Shown here one piece after another: positions 50,379 through 64,000 of a DNA stretch of 64,000 nt. Source of the stretch: Eledone cirrhosa (lineage: Eukaryota); contig OZ024745.1 in the NCBI GenBank assembly GCA_964016885.1, forward strand, positions 125,798,001 through 125,862,000, given 5' to 3'. Below the pieces are notes generated by a model. That model searched no databases. It saw only the letters and a list, made by a program, of their open reading frames with translations, and had not been told where the DNA came from. Within the stretch, counting starts at the first letter, position 1. Every line of letters starts with the position of its first letter. The position numbers were made by a program, and so were the translations under genes.

Positions 50379-52452
50379 CATTATGGTGTAGGCCAACTAA
50401 ATTGTTTACACAATGTATATTTCTATCTTCAAGGCAATTCTGACTACGAATGCTTTGTTCGGTAGATGACACAGTTATGACATTTTCTGACACATATTTG
50501 TAATATGGATCTTCGATATAAATTCCACAGAGTCAGCCTCGGTTGTTACATTAGATTATTTATATGGATCCTTTACCCTTTTGTGTATAAGATATTTTCC
50601 TATTACTACATCTCCCTGAAGATAATATAATGGTTGTTGTTCCAATATAGACTGCTATGACTCCACACTGCTAGGATTATCTAAGTTAATATCTCTCTGA
50701 ATTGTTCTGACATCATAGCTATATATAGTCTACTACATATGATATGGAAGGCTTTTTTCTGATGTTTTGTTGCAGTAGAGCTTTACCGTTTCCTTGGTCA
50801 TCGATTAAGGATGAATTCTCAAGTAGCTCACTTTCAACCAGCATGATGTTGCTTGCCCTATACATGCAAACTTATCCCATGAATGCACTTTGACGCTCGG
50901 CAGAAGCAGTCAGAGGGGTAGTTTCAGATATTTAAAGGCATTTTTGATCGATGTTATGGCCTTAAAATAGTTTTCCTCCTTGTTTTCATTTTATGTAAAA
51001 GCAATCAATATGACCGTTGAAGAGAACATTTTCCTCATAGTTATTTGTTCCTGATCTTAAATATTTATAGTTTAGTTCTGATTTAACATCCAATCGAGTC
51101 CAAAAGTTGATATAAGTCCTGGTAAAATAATCAAATTGTAGGTCACTGATTTGTTTGTATGCAGAAGAATTCGACGATGTAATATCCCATGGGTTCTGGG
51201 ACTATTCTCGACTAACGAAGCAAAATCTAGTGACAGAGAAAGAAGTTGCTAGAACGGATCATGGCTATAGCCTTTTTCTCATTTTGGAGTCAGGTAGGCA
51301 GGGATGGAATTGAGCCAATTGGACCAATTGCTCCGAATTGGACCCCATGGCTAAGGAGCCCCTGCAATTAAGGGAGCCTCCCGCTTAATTAATCAACTCT
51401 TGGCTTCACACGTCTACGTTGCAATATATATGTAAAACCCAATTGGAGCCGAAACTTATGTGGCTAGTATTGTAGATACTGACAAGATCCGTGACCGGGA
51501 TACACGTATATGTCTTCTATGTGTATCGTAACCAGCCCAGGCGTCTTTTCTAACACATACTGTCAGATCATCTTAAGTAATGGTATATGTCACGTGGGTG
51601 TTTTGACCGTACTACAAGCCAGTAACCCTTCATAAGATTTTTGAAATATAGCGCTAGGTTACTTTATTATATTGGTGACAATGTAAAATGCAATGACTAC
51701 TTTTATTAAACTTCAAATCGATGGCCACCAATGAAATTAAGGTGACCTACGGATTTCAGTGTGGTCTCTGGCATGCATGTGTGTATGTATGCATGTATGC
51801 ATGTGTGTATGTATGTATGTATGTATGTATGTATGTATGTATGTATGTATGTATGTATGTATGTATGTATGTATGTTATCCCTTTCTCTTAATTTCGAGT
51901 ATATTATTTTGACCGGCCACCTTCCTGGTGGCAAGGTTGTAAAAGAAAAGAAATTGTCATCCCTTGAATCGCAAGAATGTTTTGCAAACTTTGAGAGTGC
52001 CAGCTATCGCAGCCATTTGTAGACTATGAATTAGGGAGCTGCGCTCTTTGTCCGCAAATCCAAGTTCAGTCATACTTTGGTACAAGCGGGTTGGTATATA
52101 ACCCGTAGCTCCAATAATGATGGGTATGAAGTATGTATGTATATATGTATGTATGTAAGTATGTATGTATGTATGTATGTATGTATGTATGTATGTATGT
52201 ATGTATGTATGAATGTGTGTATGGGTGTATGCATGTGAGTATGTATGTATGCATGGAAATGTAAGTATTTTTGATTGTAATAAAATTGGTTGCAGAAGTA
52301 TAGTTCTCTAGAATTTATGACGTACAGCAAATATTCTTTCTAAATAAATGTCAACTTGAATTACCAACTTCACATTTTAAAAATTGTTTTGCATTGCGTT
52401 ACGGGTGCAGCATTTGTGTGTGTATAAGTGTATATATATATATGTGTGTGTG

Positions 52453-52503
<51 letters not shown>

Positions 52504-52535
52504 GTATACGTATGTGTGTGTATATATATATATAC

Positions 52536-52649
<114 letters not shown>

Positions 52650-52920
52650 TTGTATCTGTATATATACATATATATATATATATGTAGAAGTTCTATTTAA
52701 ATTGTTGGGATACAACAAGCAAATATGTTTATAACTGATATAAAGCACTCAACAAATTATTGGAGTAAAAATACGATATATTAACAAATGGAAAGCACAC
52801 CATAATTTAACTTGGTCTCCTTGAAATATGTATAATGAAATAAATATGGCTTTATAAATATAGTTTCCATTTGTTAATATATCGTATATATATATATATA
52901 TATACATACGTGTGTGTGTG

Positions 52921-52958
<38 letters not shown>

Positions 52959-53247
52959 CATTTGTGTGTGTGTGTTTGTGTGCATGTATATAATTGTTGA
53001 AATTCTGTGTAACGTTGGTTTCCCAAAGAAACAATTATGTATGCATAACAAACAAATACATATCTATTATATGGAAACAACAATGGTAGATAGAGTTTCT
53101 AATGCTTCAAGTATAAGAATTGCAAGATACATAATGTAGATTCAAACATGTAGAAGATAGAATGTTATTTTGCCGGTAACGTAATGCTGGTCTTTTTTCA
53201 GTTTACATTCGTTCTATATAAAATATTCATATAACATTCTTCTAATA

Positions 53248-53430
53248 ATTTGTTCTACTTTTGGCACAAGGCCAGCAATTACCCCTGTGCATTACTGGTA
53301 CTTTATTTTATCGACCCCGTAAGGATGAAAGGCAAAGTTAACCTCGGCAGTATTTGAACTGAGAAAATAAAGGGACGTAACTATGCTGAGAAGCATGGCG
53401 TCCGACCCTCTACCGATACTGCCAATCCAT
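53248..53430 (-). mobile_element. SINE, short form
   Basis: Family consensus. Confidence 0.88.
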
Positions 53431-53841
53431 GAAGTCATGATTTCGATTCTCAAGTGGTGAGTGGTTTCCTTGAGCAAGACACTTTAATTCATTTTGTTCT
53501 AGTTCACTTAGCTGTAATACATTAAATCTTCCTGAGAACTACATTATGGCTGCAAGTGTCATTTGAATGTTCAACCACTTGTACGTTAATTTCACTGCTA
53601 GTTTGTTCTCTTAATCAAACAACTAGAACACGCCTCGTCCAGTCCCACAGTAATGATGCTCTAAATTATTTTACTTCATTTTAAGTTTTAATATTTGAAT
53701 ATACTTTTGTTTGCAAACTACGGCTTCTGTATTCCCTCGTATATAGAATATTTTATTTCTGATTTTTCTTTTATAGGCACATGTCCTTGTTGCGTGCATG
53801 TATGTATTCATACACACACAAAGACACATATATGCGTGTCA

Positions 53842-53883
<42 letters not shown>

Positions 53884-53901
53884 GTGTGTTTATTATACAT
53901 A

Positions 53902-55584
53902 TAGGCTGTTTTTCCTTGAGAGAAATGTACCAGTCATGAGGTTCAAGTTTATTGAATGAGTATTTTTTAGATGCAGTATCGGTGGAAGTACTGGGATGAG
54001 AGGAACTGAAGGTAGTGTTGAGGGGCTGAAGGTAGTAGAGGAGATAAAAGGTATACATTCGATAAGTATGGAGGCTGGATGTGGGGGAAAATAAGTGAGG
54101 TGAATGTTTATTTAGATTTTATCGGTAGTATTTAAACTAAAATCTATGGCATGTATATATTTACATAGAGTTTAAAATGTTTATTATCATTCTATTGTAC
54201 GTATATTACATTTCTTTAAAATGATGGAATGCAACGGGGTGGAATCAGGAACCAAGTGATTTCATTTCCTTTTATTGATTACAGTATTATTCTAAATATA
54301 GGTGTTTTAAGTCTGATCATGCCACAGTTATCTCAGTTTCGTGGTCGAACTCCATTCACTACGCAAACTATTACCCATCTTCTGAGACGTTTACTTACAC
54401 GGTGGAGAGTTAAACTAAGCTACAGTTTATATAACGTTTGCAGCTGATATATTTAAGATGTTCATTTGTGCGAGCTTTTACAAAAAGAAAAAGTAGAAAC
54501 AATTATACATTAACTTATTGTAGATGCGTTCAAATACGCCTTTATTAAGAATCACACTGTGTTAGTGATATTGCAAATTAATACCAGTCCCTGAAGCTCG
54601 CAAAAATGAACATCTCCTTAAATATATCAGTTCTATGAGCTGTAGCTTATTTTACCTCACTATCGAGTAAACATCTCACAAGGTGGTTAATAATTTAGTT
54701 GTTAGTGTTTGGTGTTCTAACATGGTACTGATATAGCTGCAGACCAGCCAACCTGTAAAACCTCGAACGGAGATTACCATTTAAAAAAGTGCCACAAAAC
54801 GGGGAGAAATGAGGCAAAGTGGGGAGGATTTACATAATGAAACGTATACCCAGTTTCACAAGAGAAGACATCTGTCACTCACCCCAAAGTGGGTGGGAGA
54901 TCTCCCCGTCGGACGGGGAGAGTTAACAGGTTTGTAGCTGTGACATGATCAGACTTAAAATACCTATATTTAAAATGAAATGAAATCACTTGGTACCTGA
55001 TTCGATCCAACTGCATGTCATCATGTTAAAGAAATGTAATGTACGTATAATGATTTCTAGTATAGTCACAAGGCCAGTAATTTGGGGGAGGGGAAAGTCA
55101 ATTAAATCGACCCAGTACGTTACTGGTGCTTTATTTTATTGACCCCGTAAGGATGAAAGGCAAAGTTAACCTCGGCGGGATTTGAACTCAGACCATAAAG
55201 GACCGTAATTCTATGCTGCTAATCCATCGCCCTGTAATGATAATAAACATTTTTAAACTCTATGTAAATATATACGTGCCATAGATTTCAGTTTAAATAC
55301 TACCGATACAATCTAAATAAGCATTCACCTCCTACAACAACCCCCTTCTTTCCCCCACTTCAATCTCCCATTTGTATTCCTCACACTTATCGAATGTATC
55401 TTCTTTATCTCATTTGCTACCTTCTGCTCCTTGCACTCAACAATCTTTTCTAGGCCCTTCAGCCCCTCGTCACCACCTTCAGCTCCTCTCATCCGAGTAC
55501 TTCCACGATACTGCATCTAACAATACACATTCAATAAACACGAACCTCATGACTGGTACATTTGTCTCAAGTAAAAACAGCCTA
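53902..55584. mobile_element. Large fold-back element (~580-bp diverged arms) carrying a nested MITE and SINE
   Basis: 53902-~54480 is the reverse complement of ~54594-55584 once 54740-54940 and ~55040-55232 are removed. Ends TAGGCTGTTTT / AAAACAGCCTA. Confidence 0.8.
54740..54934 (+). mobile_element. 195-bp MITE with 6-bp TSD (copy 1)
   Basis: TIR CAGACCAGCCAAC / GTTAACAGGTTTG; TSD TAGCTG on both sides. Confidence 0.8.
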
Positions 55585-56486
55585 TCAACTCAGCTATTTC
55601 AGTTTTTTCTATATTTTCCTTCATATCTTCATATTATATATTTATCTAATATCTATATTATTCCTCTTTCATACGGATACTGTGATTTCAAAATGTGTTT
55701 AAATTTTTTTGGTGTGCAGATTCTATACAGGTGGATATTTATATGCTTTTTTGTTTTTTAGAAATCATCCTCATTAGTCAATTTTTGTGAGCTATTTAAG
55801 GAGGTTAACGCATCTCATTTACTTTGTTTTCTCTTTATTCTAGCACAAAAGTGAAACATTATCCTCGTTTCTGTGTTTGAGTTTTTTTTTTTTTTAGTAA
55901 TCCTTACAAGAATGAACTTCGATTAACGTAAGCCAATTGGGTTTAACTGGTGTTTACTACCTTAAATATAATAACTCAAAGAAATCTAAACTACAGATCT
56001 ATATATCTGACTATCTCATTTATATGTCGTGGCCTCTTAAAACTTGTTGCAGTAAGAATGACGGCGATATGACACATGTTTTGGGCATTTTACATTTGTC
56101 GGAGCCGATGCTTCTCCAGAGCCGAACGCAGCTGATTTCCTCCGGAGAGAGAGAGAGAAAGAGGGGGGGGGCAGGCGAAGAGATGAAAACAAATTTTGCC
56201 TTGTGGGGATTTGAAATCAGAGCACAGTCAGCCGGAACATATAGTAAGGTATTATTAATCCGATGCCCTAAAGAATCTACTAGTTTGCAGCCTTACGTTA
56301 ATTATAAAGCTAATAATAATGATAATATTCTTACATAGGCACAAGGACGGACATTTTGAAAGATTTGTTGGCCTCTAACATAGGCACAACGTCGACTGTG
56401 GTGGTATTTGATCTTAGAACATAAATGTATATAACTTAATATCGAGCATATCAACATATAGACATTAAAAGTATAGTACTAATAAT

Positions 56487-56930
56487 TCTTTCTAGTATTG
56501 GCACACCGCCACCAATCATTAGGTAAATGAAAAACGATAATATCAACAACATTACTCAAGTGCTAATTGATGTCAACGACCTGGGAAAGATGAAAGGAAA
56601 TGCTGACCTTGACAGGTGATGAATGTAGAACGTAGGATGTCGTAAATAAAGACCGCTAATAATTGTCTCTGGTGCTCTACCGATTCTGCCAAACCTGTGC
56701 AGTAATTATAGTACTAATAATCATTTCTAATTTAGTCACAAGGCCAGTAGTTTCTGGAAGAAGGAAGTTGATTATATCCACCCAAGCACTTAACTATTAA
56801 TTTGTTTTGACGCCGGCCGAAAGGATGAAGTGCAAAGATGATTTCAGATATGAACCCAGAACGTAAAAAGCCGTAACGAATACCACAACGCATTTGTCTA
56901 ACCATCTAACGATTCTGACAAGCTTTCGGT
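56487..56930 (-). mobile_element. Two old SINE copies separated and flanked by the same motif
   Basis: TATAGTACTAAT at 56472, 56707 and 56937. Confidence 0.7.
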
Positions 56931-57139
56931 CCTAATTATAGTACTAATGATATTTACGAATATCGCTAGACATATTACTATCATCACCATTATTACCCAT
57001 ACATATACTAGACTTGATCACTATCATCACTTCCCTCATTAAGGGAAAAGTTAATACTGAGTGACTGACACATTCAATTGAGTACAGTCAAACGTGTGCG
57101 TACGTACGTGCATATGCATCCCTCCGGCCCCTCTCACTT

Positions 57140-57223
<84 letters not shown>

Positions 57224-57382
57224 GGTGCGTCACTAAGTGATTAGAGAATTGAGCAAGACACTTTATTTCACGTTGCTCCTTCTACCTGGAGTTGCAACCG
57301 ATAGATAGTGTTAGCAATTGGAAAGACCAACGGAAACATTGTTTCCTCGGTCCGATTTGACGAAAGTCGATCGACAATATTT

Positions 57383-57890
57383 ATATATATTAGTAAAATA
57401 AGAAAAACAGTAGAACATGCTAATGGGATCTTTCTCATAGAATAACAACAAAACATTTATTTACAAAAAAGGAATTTATCGTACCAGTTGCAGCCAAAAA
57501 TTGTTAGGCATCTTCATGCAGATATTACTTTTTAACAATGACAAGAAGCTGGCAGTAAGACTGTTTATGTGCATGAAGGAGCCTAAAAAATGTTGGCTGA
57601 AACCGGTACGATAATTTCCTTTTTTGTAAATAAATGTTTTACTGTTAAGAACATCCCTTTAGCAGTTTCTACTGTTTTACTTATTTTATTAATATATATC
57701 AACTTCTATGAGCAAATCCCATTAGCATTTTCTACTGTTTTTCTTATTTTACTAATATATATCAACTGATATATATTAGTAAAATAAGAAAAACAGTATA
57801 AAATGTTAATGGGATTTTCTCATAGAATAAAAGCAAAAGATTTATTGACAAAAAAGGAATTTATCGTACCGGTTTCATCCCAAAATTGTT
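57383..57890. mobile_element. Older multi-arm fold-back Penelope-like element, family D
   Basis: Alternating inverted copies of TTAGTAAAATAAGAAAAACAGTA..ATCGTACCGGTTTCA. Degenerate hammerhead at ~57566-57612 (ATGAAGG-AGCC..GGCT-GAAA-CCGG-TA). Confidence 0.6.
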
Positions 57891-57913
57891 TCAGTTTGTC
57901 TAATTAGATACAC

Positions 57914-57945
<32 letters not shown>

Positions 57946-57989
57946 ATATATATATATGAAAAAATGGGGATATATATATATATACATAT

Positions 57990-58099
<110 letters not shown>

Positions 58100-58122
58100 G
58101 TATGTATATGTATATATGTGTA

Positions 58123-58180
<58 letters not shown>

Positions 58181-58187
<7 letters not shown>

Positions 58188-58545
58188 GTGAGGTTTTTTT
58201 GTTTTTTTTTATTTTGTAAAAATGAAAAATAACCGAGGTGTCCTACACGAGTGAAAGTATAAAGAAAAAAAGATGAAATCGAAAATGGAACTGGAGTCTT
58301 ATTTAAAAATATATATATATATTTATTTGGTTCCTTTACTGGTTTCGCAGTTCTTCTGCTTTTCAAAAGTAGAGTTGAGATGGAGGGTCTGTGGTTTTTC
58401 TCATATCTCAGATGTGAGAAAAACCACAGACCCTCCATCTCAACTCTACTTTTGAAAAGCAGAAGAACTGCGAAACCGATAAAGGAACCAAATAAATATA
58501 TATATATTTTTTTAAATAAGACTCCAGTTGCATTTTCGATTTCAT

Positions 58546-58549
<4 letters not shown>
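58181..58549. mobile_element. Family A fold-back element (centre 58409; hammerheads ~58333-58369 minus and ~58449-58484 plus)
   Basis: Homologous to 35669-36030, flanked by (TA)n. Confidence 0.8.
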
Positions 58550-58589
<40 letters not shown>

Positions 58590-59129
58590 TTTGTAAACGG
58601 TGTTTACCAACTAGAGTTGTGTAATTCACACTCTAATCAATGAAAGGTCATGCAATTGTATTTAAGAATTCCAAATTCGTTTTTTGTCTAAGTTGATGTA
58701 AACGCGAAGTAAATACTTGCGAAAACTATACGAAGTTCTTCATAGATTCATTTCAATGCGCTGTTATACATATTTCTCCGGGCTCAATGATTATTATGTG
58801 ATCTAATCACCACTCAACCATTGGCTCGAGTTAATCCAAGAGCATTTTTAAAGAAAAAGACAAGCAACGTTTATAGATTATCGATAGGAGGACTGGCATA
58901 CAGCATGTTCATATCTAGCTGGACTTCCGTAGTAAAATTCAATTCCTCCTTAACACTAGTTACCATGAATGGAAGTGGGAGCGAGACGCACACTTAGCCC
59001 CACACCCGGTAAGGTTCATTAAGTGACAAGCCATAAGTATGAAGACAAAGGGGTTTGAAAAGCTTTTATTCTCCTCTTTCCTCTCTATCATCAAGTGGTA
59101 GTGTACACAATTTTATTTTACATTAAAAA

Positions 59130-59395
59130 AAAACATTATATATGACAAAACAAACATTACAAGAAATCTCAGTGTGAGTGTTTCTCAGTGAAATATACAT
59201 ATACACCAGGCCCGAACACAAAGGAACCAAACTCCCACTGCCACTGCCTCTGTCTCTCCCGTCCTCCCTATCTCTCCCTATTATGAGCAAATGGGGGCCC
59301 ACGCACTGGCTGCTTTGTGACCTAGTGGACAGAATAGAGAAGGCGTTTCCCAGGAGGATGGTGATGGAGACGCGCTGGAAAAGCCTCTCCAACTA
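59130..59395 (-). mobile_element. CRE-like LINE extreme 3' fragment
   Basis: ERLFQRVSITILLGNAFSILS followed by a 3' UTR-like stretch. Confidence 0.65.
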
Positions 59396-61075
59396 GTAGT
59401 AGTAACAAGTTTATCATTCCCTACCCACCGAATTCCTCACCCTGCAATCGCTTATTTATTCTATGTTACTTTATTTTAGTTTACTCTATTTTACTCTATT
59501 TATTTGGATTTTACTTACAATTTTAACATAATATCAATTTAATTTAATTTAATTGTGTCTATCTTATACCTTTCGTATCCTATATTAGATATTATATCTT
59601 ACTTTTAAGTATATTATCGGTTGGACATAGTGGTCCCTGGGATGTGTGACAATATCAACAGTATGAAGGTAGACGCTTATATATGTATCTACAGGCAGGG
59701 TTGTGTGTGCACGCTTACACAAGTGTGCACTCTATCTAGTCAGGGCCTGCATCTTGGGAGTTGTGACAAAATACACATGTTTTCGTTGTTGTTTCTTACA
59801 AGTTGTGGGGGACACTTGGACAATCCAAACTTTTCCCAGGACATTCCCCATTATATTGCAAGATTCCACTTTGTAAGCAATTTGCTTATTGAGTACTTGG
59901 AACGCCTCTGTTGTTTTTGGCTATAGTAACCTACCCTATAAAACTGCATAGCAATATTGACTTTATACCCCCATTCACTACCACACATCTCGCAGCGGAG
60001 GATAACGAGGGATGCGTGTTGAAATGGCTATTCCACCTCAAGTGGGCCTCACTCCATTTATCTTTCCATTGGCGCAAACAAACATAAGCCGAGCAATTAC
60101 GTCGCTTAAATTGATTGTCTCTTGTCACCAGCAAAAACAAAATCTGTCTGTGTTCTAATTTCAGAAACTTGTATATTCATGGTAGTCATTTCATTTAATG
60201 GTTTTCAACTGTAAGAAGAAAGGGATTGTATATCATATATTATTAGTGTCTTGATAAAAGATTATTCAGCTTCAAGTGTGTGATACAAGACCTACTGTCA
60301 ACGATCTCTGTTCAGAAAACCTAAAATTTAGGATAGAGTGCAAACTGGTGACTATTCAACAAAAAGGCCACACCTTCTTATGTCGTTTGCTTCTATCACT
60401 ATTTCTCCCATCTCATTTAAACAAACCATCTTTCTCAGTAGTCATCATCTTGTTAAACAGGACGTATTTTGCAATGTTTATCCCGATTTCTTTTCCTTCT
60501 TTATTTAACTATTTGAATAACGTCTGGCTGTATAATTTAGGGAACAGTTCATAAAAAATATTCAATTACTTAAAGTAATATTTTTTCTCGGGAGTTCCCT
60601 TCTACTCAAATTTCTTTAAACACATTCCCATTAGTCTTCTATGTCAAAACAGACTCCTTAGTTGTTGGCAATTTAATAAGAACTTTCTAAATATACAACT
60701 CTGCTAAGATGCATGCATCATGTAATTATTTAGCACAGAAGAGGTACGGTATGAATTCTAAGATATTGAGAATGGGTGTTTTCCAAAGAGATTAAAATGT
60801 TTAAACCCCGCCCAAACGAGACGAGCAAGAAAACGGTTATTTTAAAGTTTGCTTTAAGAAATACCACCTGAACTGTAAATAACGACCAAAAAGGAATCTT
60901 TGTGCGGTCTCTAGGCCGGGTAAAAATAGCAGCAAAATCATCTACAAATCTTTAAATTGAATAATGTACAAAATCATCTACTATCTTTAAATTGAATAAT
61001 GTAGCCCTAGATACAGTGCTTGGTATATAAGGTGAAATAGCGTAGGCTAGAGTACATTTGATTATATGACTTCTC

Positions 61076-61293
61076 AGGTCGATGGATTGGTAGTATCGGT
61101 AGAGGGTCGGACGTCATGCTTTGCAGCATAGAGTTACAGCCCTTTATGATCTGAGTTCAAATCCCGCCAAGGTTAACTTTGCCTTTCATCCTTACGGGGT
61201 CGATAAAATAAAGTAGCAGTCACGCACTGGGGTCGGTTTAATCGACTTTCCCTTCCCTCCAAAATTGCTGGCCTTGTGTCTATATAAGAAACC
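61076..61293 (+). mobile_element. SINE, long form, full length
   Basis: TSD ATTATATGACTTCTC at 61061-61075 / 61294-61308. Confidence 0.93.
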
Positions 61294-62057
61294 ATTATAT
61301 GACTTCTCGGACAGGATGTGTCTGACGGCTAAAAACAACAGCTACGTGACAAATAAGATAGAAATGTTATGGCTGGAATAACTTTAATGAAGACTGACCT
61401 GAGGTAAAACAATATCAACTGCAATGCATAGTATTAGCTCTTCAAAATTCTTTGCACTCTTCTCTCTGTAACAGATTTTTCCATTGCTAAATAAATCTTA
61501 AACAAGGTATATACCGATATATAACATTACTATAAAAAGCAAAACGAAATTTCAAAGTGGACTAATCAAATAATATGATTTATTTCTTAAGAGATATGTA
61601 GTACATTTTCCTGGACATGAATATCGAATTTGTATGTATTAGTTTATATATTACTGTAGGCAATGTAGTAGGGTGTGATGAACAGTGTATGAAATGAATC
61701 TCACAGTAGGTGAGATAAATATCATATCAGCAAGTTGAATCAACTACTTGTGAAGTTTGCTTCCAACAGGGGAGATATATAGAAAGATCGAGAAAATAAG
61801 CAACAATAATTTCTTACCATCTCACTTTTTATTGTTACTAGGTCGATTGATTCTATCACTTATTACACCTAGAACAATAGGTTTAAAACAATGCAGCTAT
61901 AAAATCACCGCGGATATTCTAGATATTTCAAATAACAAGACAGTTAAACTGTTTGAAAGAGCAGCTAAATCTCGATCTAAAGCATATTCTACTATTTAGA
62001 AAACAAAGAAAGGTCACATTAAACATTGAAGTCCTGGATATGCAAAAAGGACAATAG

Positions 62058-62252
62058 CAGACATGCCAGCCTCTAAAAACCCAAACAGGGAGTACCATGA
62101 AAAAAGTAGTCCAAAACGGGAAGAAATAAGGCAAAATGGGGGAGATTTTACATAATAAAGGCTATACCTATTTTCACAAGAGAAGACATCTCTCACCCAC
62201 TCCAAAGTGGGTGGGATATCTTCCCGTCCGACTGGGAGAGTTGACAGATCTG
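62058..62252 (+). mobile_element. 195-bp MITE with 6-bp TSD (copy 2)
   Basis: TIR CAGACATGCCAGC / GTTGACAGATCTG; TSD CAATAG / CAATAT; homologous to 54740-54934. Confidence 0.8.
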
Positions 62253-62754
62253 CAATATGGCAATAGCTAGAAACATCTTGGATCATAGATCTGCTCAAGC
62301 AAGGCTGATATGATGATAATAGATTTTAATGTCAACTATTATACACATTATTTCTTTACTTTATTTTTACTGGTTTCCCTGGGCTTCGCCTTAAAAATTA
62401 GTTGTGCCGGTTACTCGTTAATACGTTAGGTTACAATATGTTTGGTAAATGTATGATGTTAAGTTAAATAAAAAGTCTATCACAAGCTCATATCTAGGTT
62501 TCAGTGACCTCTCCAATGCTTCTTTTTAGTTAATTCTACTGTGGAGCAACGTGAAATGACATATCTAGCTCAAGAATTCAACGTGCCACCCGATAAGAAG
62601 AGAATTGTTAGATGTGTAATTACAGATCTTCAATAAAGAACCAATAGTAATAAAAATTGTCCAACTATGCATCCGGAAGAAGAAATGTCCGGGGTACAAA
62701 TGAATCCTGGTAACCATTGAAAGAAGGAGACCTTGGGCGATAGATGGACACATA

Positions 62755-62914
62755 TGTAGCGGCGCCGAACACGCTTCGTCCCCGAGGACGCACCTTAATT
62801 TTGACAACCAAAAATCTTTTTAAAAATGACACCTTTCGGCCTTCGGGCGCATGGTAGATTTTTACGACTTACTTTAGGGAAAAAGTAGCGTCTTCGACGC
62901 CGGGAAATACGGTA
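62755..62914 (-). mobile_element. Probable Tc1/Tigger-type MITE fragment
   Basis: Terminus TA|CCGTATTTCCCGGCGTCGAAGACG; the other end is decayed. Confidence 0.45.
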
Positions 62915-63116
62915 TGCTTATATTTGAAATAAGGGGAGGGATGATGGATTGGCAAAGTTCCTAGATCTTCGAATAGAATTTTTTATATTATTCCTTCCGG
63001 CTATTTGCCTATCATCTTTTAGATGTCGATAAATATAGTGTCTCTCGTGTACTGGTGTTGATTCTTCCTCTGCGTATATTTCTAGCCTCCACCAACCATT
63101 CTATCTCTATTCCTAC

Positions 63117-63194
<78 letters not shown>

Positions 63195-64000
63195 CTATCT
63201 CTCTCTCTCTCTTTCTCTCTGAAAAAAATCGGCTGTGTTCAAAGAAGGATGGGAGTCGACAGGTGTTAATACCCAAGATATTGGTTGGATTAAGGATAGT
63301 TGTTGCTAAGAAAGAAATAGGAAAATGTTGGCGGTGAAATTGTAGAAAAGATCATTTTGTGTGGAGATTTCTTAGATGTTAAGTGGCAAAATCGTTAGAA
63401 CGTTGTTCTGAGTCTCTATGTTATGAGTTCTAATCCTGCCGAGATCCACTTTATCTTCCATCCTTTCATGACCAATAAAGAAAGTACTAACCAGTGTCCG
63501 AGCACCCTATTCTCCTTCCTGCTGTCACATTCTGTGCCATTGGATTAGGTGAGGGTATCTTTGTCTGCTCATGAATGCATAAGCACCTAAAGCCCTTAGT
63601 AAAAGCATGATACATACTAGCATGTCATAGACGATGGTGAGTGACGGCTGTAATTTCAGCTTCAGTAAAATATATATCAAACACACATTGTCGAAACTAA
63701 CGAAGGACCAACAGATACCTATAATTAAAACTTTTATGCTAGAAATAGCATCCTTACAATAAAATCTATAGCTGAGAGCTACAGCAGACTCTTTCGCATC
63801 AATAATCAAAAGTATCAATTGTATTTTACGCAACCGAAAAATTATATAAACTGAACACCTCAAGCGATCTATTAGCCAAGCTGATATAAATTCTTAAAAT
63901 ACACTTCTCTAAAACAACTACAAAACATTAACTTAGATACATATTAAGAAATGGCCACCTCTATCAATGAAATATTTAAATTTATACGAGGGAAATGCTT

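Noticed and set aside
50400-51290. Possible very old LINE RT on minus (AFKYL, QISDL traces)
   Set aside because: Too decayed to support by eye; needs a translated HMM search.
59600-59900. Possible decayed APE domain on minus (ILQYN..L*ET)
   Set aside because: Only two weak motifs, interrupted by stops.
63700-64000. Possible decayed Penelope RT (LKIH, LRYIL resembling LPKIHK, LRPII)
   Set aside because: Weak similarity, multiple stops and cut by the window edge.

Overview
AT-rich, microsatellite-dense animal genomic DNA with no recognisable host gene. It is probably cephalopod (octopus-like); this is an inference from the SINE family and the repeat landscape. Nearly all ORF-track entries are simple-repeat artefacts. 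The main feature is a full-length, uninterrupted L1/Tx1-type LINE (17256-23080, minus strand). It has ORF1 with a CCHC knuckle and ORF2 with APE-RT-zinc finger, no poly(A) tail, and (AAT)6 on both sides. Its last ~40 nt, including a GGCC-CUUGU-GGCC stem-loop, match the 3' end of the tRNA-derived SINE present in roughly 30-40 copies. The readable SINE target-site duplications (TSDs) nearly all begin ATTAT, like the LINE's. Together this suggests a sequence-specific LINE/SINE partner pair. One TSD-bounded insertion fuses a SINE to five tandem copies of U2 snRNA nt 14-27 plus an inverted U2 nt 1-36, which points to reiterative template copying. Several Penelope-like fold-back elements in (TA)n carry minimal type I hammerhead ribozymes, including U3-A8 core variants and one family with a ~97-nt stem II. 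The window also holds Dong/R4, CRE and RTE fragments, a 195-bp MITE with 6-bp TSDs, a large fold-back element and minisatellites. Coordinates were counted by hand; those of old repeats are approximate.
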